NCBI GenBank assembly: GCA_964202905.1 | Contig: CAXNJO010000001.1 | Coordinates: forward strand, 256,001-320,000 | Source: Polyangiales bacterium | Lineage (GTDB): Bacteria; Myxococcota_A; Polyangia; Polyangiales; JADJQN01 | DNA: 64,000 nucleotides | Direction of reading: 5' to 3' | Part shown: positions 44,951 through 53,247 of the stretch, one piece after another | Layout: each line of letters starts with the position of its first letter | Position numbering within the stretch: the stretch's first letter is position 1 | The notes under the pieces: generated by a model | Seen by the model: the letters and a program-made list of their open reading frames with translations, nothing else | The model's database searches: none | What the model was told of the DNA's origin: nothing | Position numbers and translations under genes: made by a program

Positions 44951-47900
44951 TCAGTCGACCGTCCCGGACCACGACTGGATGCTCGTCATCGACGCCGGCG
45001 GCGTGAGCGTGCGGGTGATGGTGGAGACCGTGCCGAGGGACGCGCCCGTGCTCGCGCTGCTGCCGCCGCTCACCTGCGCGACCAGCTGGAACTCGCCGCC
45101 GCCGACCGCCGAGTGCCGGTAGCGCGTGCCGCCGGAGTACGCGTCCGTCTCGGTGAGGCCGTTGAAGCAGGTGGGACGCTGCGTGACGCCGACGCCCATG
45201 ATGATCGCGTTGGTCACGTCGGGCAGGCGCGGCACGAACGTCCCCGAGCCCGTCGGGTACTCGATGCCCGACGCCGGATAAGGCGTGGTCTGCGAGGCGA
45301 CCGTGGTGCTCTTGATGTACTCGACGCCCCAGAGCCGGCTCGCGCCGTAGTCGCAGGCGTTGACCGCGCTGGTGTTCGACGAGAAGGTCGCGAAGTAGAC
45401 CTTGCCGTCGAAGAGCTGGAGCGGGCCCGTGACCTGCTCGCCCGCGGCGAGGCGCGCCTCCCAGTTGAGGGTCGCGATGAACGAGCACGCGCCCGCGGCG
45501 GTGCAGGTCGTGTTCTCCGTGAGCGAGGCGACGCGGTTCGCGGCGGTGCCGTCGAGCGCGTCGACGTCACCCGTCGCCTGAACGACGACCGGGTTGCCCG
45601 AGAGATCCGTCGAGACGATCGGCGACTCGAAGGCCGGCTGGCTCGAGTCGACGGTGCCGCCGGCGAAGAGGTCGTACATCGCGGTCGCCGTCCAGCTGCT
45701 GAGCGTCTTGCTCGCGAGATCGAGGCGCCAGATCACGCCGTCCTGATCCGTGACGAAGGCCCGCGTCGCGACGGTGCCGACATCCCCCGGGAAGAGCGAG
45801 ACGCCGCCCGAGATGGGCGCCTCGAAGGTGTTGCCGTCGAAGCGGCGCATCATCGTGCCCGTCGCGAAGTCGAGGAAGGTCAGGCTGCGCCCGACGCGCG
45901 GATCGCTCGTCGTGACGTAGGCGCCGCTCGGCCAGCAGCGGCGCACGGTGCGCGACGCGATGCCGTTGGTGGTCGTGGCCGGGCGGTTGACGGCGCTGAT
46001 CGACCCCGACGTGCAGCCCGCCGGGAAGGCCGCGCGGCGCGCGACGCTCTCGGAGCCGATCCCGCCGGGAAGCACCGCGACGGCGCGCTCCTCGACCGCG
46101 CCGGCCGACGTCTCGACGAGCACCTGCCCGATGCCGGGCTTGCCGTAGGTCGGGCCCATGTTGTGGTCCGACTCGTTGTAGGTGAACTGCCAGAGGAACT
46201 TCGGCGCGAACGGGTCCGTGATGTCGAGCGACACGTAGACGCCCTGCGAGCGGAGCGGCACGACCATCACGGTGCGGTAGAGGCTCGCGCTCGCGGACTG
46301 CCCCGGCGTGCGGCGGAGGAAGACGTCCTTGACCACCGGCGTGCCGTCCACGAGGTTCTGGTGGGCGGAGGTGGCGGAGTCGAGCAGCGGGAGCACGGCC
46401 GGCGGCACGAAACCCCAGAGCTCCATGCCCGCCGGCAGCGTGCTGCCCGCATACGCCGTGTCGGTGCGCGACGCCGGGACGGTGTAGTTCTCCGCGAGGA
46501 AGGCGTGGAGGATGCCGTCGTTCGAGCCGACGTACACGATCGTCGGACGCGTGTTGACGGTGGGCTCGTTGCGGAAGAGGTTGAACGACTCGTCCGCGAG
46601 GTCCTGCCGCGGCGGCCCGACGACGACCGGCGACGAGTGGTAGATGTCGCCCATGTTCGGGCGCCCGACGCCACGGACCCAGTCGATGATCGCGTTCTTG
46701 CGCGCGGTGTTGGTGGAGAGGAGGCCGAAGTGCTGCGGCTTGAGGGCCGTGTTGGCCGCGTCGAAGGTGGTCAGCGCGAGCCCCGTCTCGAGCGGCGCCC
46801 AGGCCGCCGGCGTCGTGGCGACCTGCGCGTAGCCGAGGCTCGGGCCCGTCAGGTAGCTGCGGGCGCGCGCGGACGTCGCGGTGACCGGCGCGACCGTGTA
46901 GAGGGTGCGCGTGGTCTGCGCCTCGAGCAGATCGTGGAAGCGGTCCTGCGCGGCGAGGGGCTGGAGCTCGGGCTGCAGCGTGGTCGCGTTGCAGACGTAG
47001 CGGCGGCGGTCGAGCACGCCCTGCCAGGGCGTGGTCGCGGTACCGACCGAGAAGCCCGTCGAGAACTGGAGCTGCGTGCCGGTGCCCGACGACGCGGCGA
47101 AGGCGGGCGCGGTGCGGGTCGTCACGCCGGTCGCGGCGCGGTCGAGCGCGCTCGCGAGGCTCGCGAGGAGCGTCGCGCGGTCCGTGGCGAGCAGGGCGCC
47201 GCCCGTGCCGCCGCGCTGCGCGATGAGGTTCAGCCGCGCGACGTTGGTCGGGTCGGTGACGCTGAGGCCGACGACGAAGATGCCGTCCACGAGGCGCGAG
47301 GCGCCCTCGCACTTGCCCGTCGAGGCGTTGAGGTTGCAGAGGGTCGAGGCGAGGTCCTCGGCGCGCGCGTACGGGCACACGCCGCCCGGCTGCTCGCAGT
47401 TCACGGTGCCGGTGCGCTTGTCGCTGTCGGGGTAGCCATCCGTCAGCAGCAGCAGGTAGCGCGGGCGGCACTGGTAGAACGGGTCACCGCCCGAGACGTC
47501 GAGCGGATCGGCGACGTCCGGGTTGTTCTCGAGCCAGAACTTCGCGTCGTCGAGCATGCCCGCGATGGGCGTGCCGCCGTAGGGCCGCGTCGCGAGCAGG
47601 CGCGACTGGATCTGCGCGTTGATCGCGCGGAAGTCCGCGGAATCATTGCCGGTGCTGACGAGGCCACCCTCGGGTGCGCTCGCGCTGCGCGCACCGTTGT
47701 TCATCGTGTACTCGGCGCAGCCGGGGAAGTTGTACGGCGCGTTGCGTCCGTACGAATACATCCCGTCGGAGCCGTTCATGCGCGTGAGGGCGAGCGCGTA
47801 GGAGGCCGTGCTGACGTCGCTCGGGATGAAGGGGTTCGCCGACGGGACGAGCGTGCCGACGCCGTCGAACGTCATCAGGCCGAACTTCACGCGGTCGAGG

Positions 47901-48334
47901 TAGCCGTCGAGGATGCCGTCCTGCAGCTGCGCGGTGCCCGTCGGCTGGTGGTAGGGCAGGTGGGCGCGGTAATCGTACTGACCGACGAACATCGACGTCG
48001 TGCGGTAGAGGCTCGCGTCCGACTGACGCGCGCACTTGAAGTCCGAGAAGGTCCCGGTGAGCGCCTCGAGCGTCGTCGTCCAGCGGTTCTTCTCGTCGCC
48101 CACCGCGTTGTTGCAGGTGGGGCACGCGCCCGCCGTGCCGCAGCCGCGCGTGGTCGTGGCGGTCGTCGGCGCGGTGTAGGCGGTGCGGTACTCCATCGAC
48201 AGCGAGCTGTCGACGAGCAGCATCACGGCCGGCCGGATCGAGCGGATGTCCGGCTCCTGCGCGCGCGCGGAGGGGGCACCGACGAGCGCGAGGGCGGCGA
48301 GGAGGGCGAGGCTGAGGTGGCTGCGCTTGAGCAT
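44951..48334 (-). CDS. pilY1: Type IV pilus tip adhesin PilY1 (vWA + beta-propeller)
   Basis: Signal peptide; MIDAS-like DSSLS, GGTPI and LLTDG; PilY1 motifs MGDIYHSSPVVV, YVGSNDGILHAF, ELWGFVP, VDGTP, LDITDP. Confidence 0.9.
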   Translation of the reverse strand: MLKRSHLSLALLAALALVGAPSARAQEPDIRSIRPAVMLLVDSSLSMEYRTAYTAPTTATTTRGCGTAGACPTCNNAVGDEKNRWTTTLEALTGTFSDFKCARQSDASLYRTTSMFVGQYDYRAHLPYHQPTGTAQLQDGILDGYLDRVKFGLMTFDGVGTLVPSANPFIPSDVSTASYALALTRMNGSDGMYSYGRNAPYNFPGCAEYTMNNGARSASAPEGGLVSTGNDSADFRAINAQIQSRLLATRPYGGTPIAGMLDDAKFWLENNPDVADPLDVSGGDPFYQCRPRYLLLLTDGYPDSDKRTGTVNCEQPGGVCPYARAEDLASTLCNLNASTGKCEGASRLVDGIFVVGLSVTDPTNVARLNLIAQRGGTGGALLATDRATLLASLASALDRAATGVTTRTAPAFAASSGTGTQLQFSTGFSVGTATTPWQGVLDRRRYVCNATTLQPELQPLAAQDRFHDLLEAQTTRTLYTVAPVTATSARARSYLTGPSLGYAQVATTPAAWAPLETGLALTTFDAANTALKPQHFGLLSTNTARKNAIIDWVRGVGRPNMGDIYHSSPVVVGPPRQDLADESFNLFRNEPTVNTRPTIVYVGSNDGILHAFLAENYTVPASRTDTAYAGSTLPAGMELWGFVPPAVLPLLDSATSAHQNLVDGTPVVKDVFLRRTPGQSASASLYRTVMVVPLRSQGVYVSLDITDPFAPKFLWQFTYNESDHNMGPTYGKPGIGQVLVETSAGAVEERAVAVLPGGIGSESVARRAAFPAGCTSGSISAVNRPATTTNGIASRTVRRCWPSGAYVTTSDPRVGRSLTFLDFATGTMMRRFDGNTFEAPISGGVSLFPGDVGTVATRAFVTDQDGVIWRLDLASKTLSSWTATAMYDLFAGGTVDSSQPAFESPIVSTDLSGNPVVVQATGDVDALDGTAANRVASLTENTTCTAAGACSFIATLNWEARLAAGEQVTGPLQLFDGKVYFATFSSNTSAVNACDYGASRLWGVEYIKSTTVASQTTPYPASGIEYPTGSGTFVPRLPDVTNAIIMGVGVTQRPTCFNGLTETDAYSGGTRYRHSAVGGGEFQLVAQVSGGSSASTGASLGTVSTITRTLTPPASMTSIQSWSGTVD

Positions 48335-48345
48335 GGGGGCTCCGA

Positions 48346-49041
48346 TCACCGGCCGAAGGGTCCGAGGACGACATAGGCGCGCGCGTCTGCGGCACCTTCG
48401 AGGTAGGGGCGGATGTCGCCGGTCGAGCGCGGCACGTCGGTGCCGACCGCCGTCGGGACGCGCGTGCGCCCGTGCGAGGAGTAGGTCGCGCCCATGAAGC
48501 GCAGCGCGCCGGCGCCGTCGGCGCGGTGCCCCGCGATGGGCGTCGTGTAGGTGTAGTCGTCGTTGATGTCGACGATGAACCACGGCGCGAGCGCGCTGCG
48601 TCCGAGCGATTCGCCCCGCGTCGGGTCCGTCTCGATGGGGAAGCCGGCCGTCGCGCCGAGGGTGAGGTCCGCGAGGTAGAGGCGGTAATTGCGCTTGCCC
48701 GCCGCGATCTCGGGCTCGAAGAACTGAGACATGTAGCCCGACGCGGGCAGCACGCTGCGCTGCAGGGCCAGCTCGACGCCAGCGGGCTGGATGCGGTCGC
48801 TGTAGGCGATCGCCGCCATCAGGCCCGACTCCGCGACGTACTGCGTCTGCAGCGCCTGACGCGCCGCGCCGGCCGCGCGGATCTCCGAGGTCGTCGTGTG
48901 CACGGCGAAGACCGCGACGCCGCTCGTCATCAGCAGCACCAGCATCACGACGAACATCGCCGCGCCCTCGCGCGCAGGCGCCGGGCGCTGCGGCACACCG
49001 TCGCGAACCGAACCCTGGATGTGTTGGTGCGGCGTACTCAA
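48346..49041 (-). CDS. pilX: Minor pilin PilX-like
   Basis: REG|AAMFVVMLVLL prepilin helix lacking Glu5; YVAESGL; lies between pilW and pilY1. Confidence 0.75.
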   Translation of the reverse strand: MSTPHQHIQGSVRDGVPQRPAPAREGAAMFVVMLVLLMTSGVAVFAVHTTTSEIRAAGAARQALQTQYVAESGLMAAIAYSDRIQPAGVELALQRSVLPASGYMSQFFEPEIAAGKRNYRLYLADLTLGATAGFPIETDPTRGESLGRSALAPWFIVDINDDYTYTTPIAGHRADGAGALRFMGATYSSHGRTRVPTAVGTDVPRSTGDIRPYLEGAADARAYVVLGPFGR

Positions 49042-49045
49042 GGGC

Positions 49046-50257
49046 TCACCTCAGGTTCGAGAGCTGGACTTCGCTGGTCAGCGAGCGCACGCGCGCCGCG
49101 CCAGGATAGGCGGCGTTGACCGTGACCTTGAAGCGCGTGAGCGGATCGCCCGCGGCGCGCGCGAGGTAGCGGAAGGAAGGGTCCTGATCGGCGGTGCGCG
49201 CCGAGAGCGAGACGATGGCCGTGCGGGCGCGCTCGGGGGCGGCGCCGGCGGCCGCGGCCGCGAGGCTGCCGAAGAGGATCGCGGAGGCCGCGCCGTCGAT
49301 GCGCTGGAGGTTCGCGGGGAGCGTGCGGGTGACCTGCTGGTCGACGACGAAGTCGAGGTTGAAGTCGACGACGTTCTCGAGGACGACCTGGTCGGTGCCC
49401 GCGACGACCGTGGGCGCCGCGCCGAACGTGACCTCGCGACGCAGCAGGAAGGTGCGCTGCCCTTCGACGAAGTCGCTGCCCGCGGGGTTGAGCGCCGTCG
49501 AATCGAAGCCGCCGCCGTCGTCCACGCGGTACTCGATGCGGGAGAGCACCGACACCGTCGCGCCGTCCGCGAGGCCGCCCACGCAGATGCCGCCCACGCC
49601 GAGCGCCGGGGCGAAGGTCACGGACGCCGCGGCGGCCGACGCCGAATTGATGGTCGTGTAGAAGACGTTGCCGGCCTGCGTGCGGATGCGGAGCATGCGG
49701 CCGGGCGCGAAGACCGACGCGAAGTTCCCCGTGGCCGTCGCGTCGATCGGCGGGAGGCCGAAGTTGCGGCGGAACGCTTGCCACGAGGTCTGCAGGAAGA
49801 TCGTCGAGCCGCCCGCGTCGAGGCCCGTCGCGAAGAAGGCGTCGTTCGTGGCGTAGCTGCCGACGAGACGCAGCCGATCCGCCGAGACGCGGTTGAGGAC
49901 GGCGTTCGGGATCTCGCCGCTGTCGGCGTTGTTCTCGAACTCGACGGCCTGCAGCTCGACCGCGGGCGCGCGGCAGCGCTGGTCGCGCTGGGAGTTGGAC
50001 GTCCCGAGGTAGCCGGCCCGCGCGAGGTCGCGCTGGACCAGGTCCATCGCGAGTCGGACGGCCGTCTGCGTCTGCCCGACGCGCTGCTGCTCCTGGAAGT
50101 GCCGCGACGAGGCGGCGCCGATGTAATACGTGCTCGCGATCACGAGCGCGCCCGCGGTGAGCGCGACCATCAGCTCGACGAGCGAGTAGCCGGACTCGGC
50201 GGCGGCGGAGCGGGGGCGCGGCCGCACCGGGTCGGCATGGGTCGGGCGCCGCGTCAT
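49046..50257 (-). CDS. pilW: Minor pilin PilW-like
   Basis: ESG|YSLVELMVAL prepilin site; RLAMDLVQRDLARAGY. Confidence 0.85.
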   Translation of the reverse strand: MTRRPTHADPVRPRPRSAAAESGYSLVELMVALTAGALVIASTYYIGAASSRHFQEQQRVGQTQTAVRLAMDLVQRDLARAGYLGTSNSQRDQRCRAPAVELQAVEFENNADSGEIPNAVLNRVSADRLRLVGSYATNDAFFATGLDAGGSTIFLQTSWQAFRRNFGLPPIDATATGNFASVFAPGRMLRIRTQAGNVFYTTINSASAAAASVTFAPALGVGGICVGGLADGATVSVLSRIEYRVDDGGGFDSTALNPAGSDFVEGQRTFLLRREVTFGAAPTVVAGTDQVVLENVVDFNLDFVVDQQVTRTLPANLQRIDGAASAILFGSLAAAAAGAAPERARTAIVSLSARTADQDPSFRYLARAAGDPLTRFKVTVNAAYPGAARVRSLTSEVQLSNLR

Positions 50258-50880
50258 CGAGTCACCCAGCGCACGACGGTGGAGGCGCTCACGGAGCGGA
50301 CGCGCGTGTCGGCGCCGATCGCCGCCTCCTGACCCACGCCGCAGTCGGGGTACAGGTTCGCGGCCGCTGCGCCGACCCGGCCGCGGCGGTGCCACCACAC
50401 GCGCACGTCGGCGCGGATCGCCTGACCGGGGTTGACCCACTGCAAGCGGTACTGCGCGCAGTAGCGGACGTCCGCACCGAGCGCGATCTCGCGACCGTAG
50501 TGGTCGTAGCTCGCGCGCGAGTCGGCGAAGGCCGCCGGCGTCATCCACACCGGATCCGTGCCGACAGCGGGCACGTTGAGCAGGTAGCGCGTGGCGGCGA
50601 GGAGCGCCGGCGTGGCCGCGGCTGCGCCGGTGTTCCACGAGAGGGCGTCGCGCTTCAGGCGCTCGATCCAGGTGCGCGCGACCGTCGTCGCGATGGTCAT
50701 CTGCCGCGCCTCGCCGTTGCCCTGGATCGACGCCTGCTGGAGCGCGAGGATGCCCGCGGCGCCGGCCGTGAGGAGGGCCATCGCCATCATGACCTCGACC
50801 ATCGTGTAGCCCGCCTGCCGGCGGGCACGCGGGCGCGACGGGGGGGCGGACATGACCGGACCGGGGAGGCGCGCGCTCAT
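50254..50880 (-). CDS. pilV: Minor pilin PilV-like
   Basis: QAG|YTMVEVMMAMALL; IATTVARTWIERLK; ATGA overlaps at both ends. Confidence 0.82.
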   Translation of the reverse strand: MSARLPGPVMSAPPSRPRARRQAGYTMVEVMMAMALLTAGAAGILALQQASIQGNGEARQMTIATTVARTWIERLKRDALSWNTGAAAATPALLAATRYLLNVPAVGTDPVWMTPAAFADSRASYDHYGREIALGADVRYCAQYRLQWVNPGQAIRADVRVWWHRRGRVGAAAANLYPDCGVGQEAAIGADTRVRSVSASTVVRWVTR

Positions 50881-51521
50881 CGAAGCACCCGTGCCGTGCC
50901 GCCGAGCGGGAAGACGACGCGCCGGGTCGGGCCGGCGGTGACCGCGGCGCGCTGGCGCACGACCGTGAACACGAAGCCGCCGCCGAGGGCCGCGGTGTTG
51001 TTGGCGGTGAAGCGCGTCGTCGCGGCGTTGATGCTGTACATCATGCGCCCGCTCGGCTCGTAGCAGAGGTCGACCGCGGGGAAGGCGGCCGGGGCGCTGA
51101 GGAGCGAGTCGTTGCCACCGAGGCGGTAGCGCGACGCGCCCGCGTCGAGCTCGTCGATGCAGGGCGATGTGACCGTACCGCAGTTCGCGGCGGCGACGAG
51201 GATCCCCGCCCAACCGTTGGCGTTGCAGCCGCCGGCGACGCCGCGGATCAGCCGGACCCGGCCGAAGTTCCCCGCTGCACCGGCCAACCCGTAGCGGAGG
51301 ATGTGCGCGCGTCCGTAGGCGATCGCGTCCGCGCGCGCCCGGCGCCCGAGCCGCACGAGGTCGAGGGACACCTGCCCGGTGCGCTTCTCGGCGAGGGCCG
51401 TCGAGAGGGTCGGCGCCGCGAGCGTCATCCCCACGAGCACGATCACCACCACCGTCATCAGCTCGTAGAGCGTGAAGCCGGCGCGGCGGGGGTGCGGGGG
51501 GGTGCGGCGGGAGCGCGTCAT
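50877..51521 (-). CDS. fimU: Minor pilin FimU/FimT-like
   Basis: RAG|FTLYELMTVVVIV; ARADAIAYGR; first gene of the minor-pilin operon. Confidence 0.78.
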   Translation of the reverse strand: MTRSRRTPPHPRRAGFTLYELMTVVVIVLVGMTLAAPTLSTALAEKRTGQVSLDLVRLGRRARADAIAYGRAHILRYGLAGAAGNFGRVRLIRGVAGGCNANGWAGILVAAANCGTVTSPCIDELDAGASRYRLGGNDSLLSAPAAFPAVDLCYEPSGRMMYSINAATTRFTANNTAALGGGFVFTVVRQRAAVTAGPTRRVVFPLGGTARVLR

Positions 51522-51538
51522 GGGCCTGTCGGGCTGGG

Positions 51539-51554
51539 TGCAATGTACGTACCT
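51539..51554 (-). promoter_or_regulatory. Possible sigma-54 promoter of the minor pilin operon
   Basis: Minus strand AGGTACG-TACA-TTGCA (GG-N10-GC), 17 nt upstream of the fimU ATG. Confidence 0.45.
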
Positions 51555-51691
51555 CACCCGGCGACACATCCAAGCACTCGATTTCATGAATGAATGTCGC
51601 CCGCGGGGTGGCCGCGCCTACGCATCGGATGCGGTGGATGGAAAAGTTTGCGGAGATCCGCAGGCGACCCCGGGGCCGGCCGGGTCGCGGC

Positions 51692-53173
51692 TCAGCCGGC
51701 CTGCGACGCGCGGCGGTTGGTCTCGCGGAGCCTCACCGAGAGCGTGCGGCTCACGACGCGCAGGATGCGCAGGGCGGTCCCCTCGTGGGAGGCGAGGTAC
51801 GGCCGGAGCTGCGCGAGGGGCCACACATAGGCCTCCGCCCCGCCGACCGCCTCGACGCGCGCGCTCGTCGGGCCGCTGTCGACGAGGGCCATGTCGCCGA
51901 GCGCCGCGCCGTAGCCGAGCTCGCCGAGGACGGTGGCAGCGCCGGAGGGCGCGAGGTGCATCACGCAGACCTTGCCGGAGAGCACCACGAAGAGGCTCTC
52001 TCCCTCGCGCCCCTGCTCGATCAGGATCTCGCCGTTCACGAAGCGGCGCCGCACCCCGAGCCCCTGCAGCGCGCGCAGCTCGTCGAGCGAGAGCTCGGCG
52101 AACAGCGGCAGCTCCCGCAGGACGTCGACGTCACCGTGGACGGCGGTGAGCTTGGCCTGCCCCGCCGGGGCACCGCCGGCGCTCGGGGGGGGCGGCAGCA
52201 CGAGCGGGCGGACGCCGCCGGGCGCCACCGGTTCGGCCGGCGCGGCGGGCGCCACCGAGAGCAGCGGCGCGGCGGCCGGGGGCGCGAGCGAGGCCATCGC
52301 GGGGGGTGCGGGGGCGCCAGGCGCCGTCGACATGCGCTCGCCGCCGAGGGTCGCGAGGCCCCGGCTCGCCGCCTCGCGTCGCGGGTCGAAGCGCAGCACC
52401 GCCGCGAAGAGTTTGCGCGCGGCGTCGGCCTCGCCGCTCGCGACGTAGATCGCTGCGAGGCGCTCGTAGACCTCGACGGTCCCGTCGTCGAGCGCGCACG
52501 TCTTGACGACGCCGATGTAGCTGGCGGCCGCGTTGCCCGCGTGGCCGCTGTGCTCGAGGATGCGGCCGAGCAGCAGCATCGCCTGCGCGTAGCGCGGGGC
52601 GCCGGGTTCGACCTTCTGCAGCTGCTCGACCGCGCGGTCGAGGCGGCGCGCCTTCGCCCACAGCCGCCCCGCGTCGAACCAGCCGCTCGCGCGCTCCCAG
52701 GCGGCGGCGGCGCGCTCGATCTGCCCCGACTGCTCGTAGAAACGCGCGGCCTGGTCGAAGCGCAGATCGCGCTCGTAGAGGTCCGCGGCCTTGTCGAGCT
52801 GGCCCGCCTGCTCGTAGAGCTGCGCGGCCTGCGCGAACTGGTAGCTGCGCTCGAAGAAGGGCGCCGCGCGGCCCGGGTCGCCGATCAGGACGGCCGCGCG
52901 CCCGGCGCGGTCGAAGTCGCGCGCGAGCACGAACGCCTCCGCGAGCGCCTCGCGCAGGCCCTTGCTCGCGATCGCCGCGTCCTGCGTGAGGAGCAGATCG
53001 CCGACGTCCGGCGCGCTCGTCGCGATGAGCCGCGCGGCGGCCTCGACCTCGCGCTTGTGGAGGTGCGCGAGGATCACGCCGCGCACCTTGTCCGTCGTCA
53101 CGAAGGTCTCGCCGCTCGCGTCGAAATCGAACTCCATCTCCGTGCTGAGACGCCCACCGGGATCGCGCGACAT
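51692..53173 (-). CDS. TPR-repeat protein with C-terminal cyclic-nucleotide-binding domain
   Basis: AA.LYEQAG-type repeats; Pro/Ala linker; LPLFAELS...LIEQGREGESLFVVLSGKV...LGDMALVDSGPTSARVEA. Confidence 0.85.
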   Translation of the reverse strand: MSRDPGGRLSTEMEFDFDASGETFVTTDKVRGVILAHLHKREVEAAARLIATSAPDVGDLLLTQDAAIASKGLREALAEAFVLARDFDRAGRAAVLIGDPGRAAPFFERSYQFAQAAQLYEQAGQLDKAADLYERDLRFDQAARFYEQSGQIERAAAAWERASGWFDAGRLWAKARRLDRAVEQLQKVEPGAPRYAQAMLLLGRILEHSGHAGNAAASYIGVVKTCALDDGTVEVYERLAAIYVASGEADAARKLFAAVLRFDPRREAASRGLATLGGERMSTAPGAPAPPAMASLAPPAAAPLLSVAPAAPAEPVAPGGVRPLVLPPPPSAGGAPAGQAKLTAVHGDVDVLRELPLFAELSLDELRALQGLGVRRRFVNGEILIEQGREGESLFVVLSGKVCVMHLAPSGAATVLGELGYGAALGDMALVDSGPTSARVEAVGGAEAYVWPLAQLRPYLASHEGTALRILRVVSRTLSVRLRETNRRASQAG

Positions 53174-53247
53174 GCCTCTGTCTCCGTGGTCGGGCCCGCG
53201 ACGCCGCGGGAAATCTGGAAAATCTGGAACAGTGAAGGCGGTTCGCT

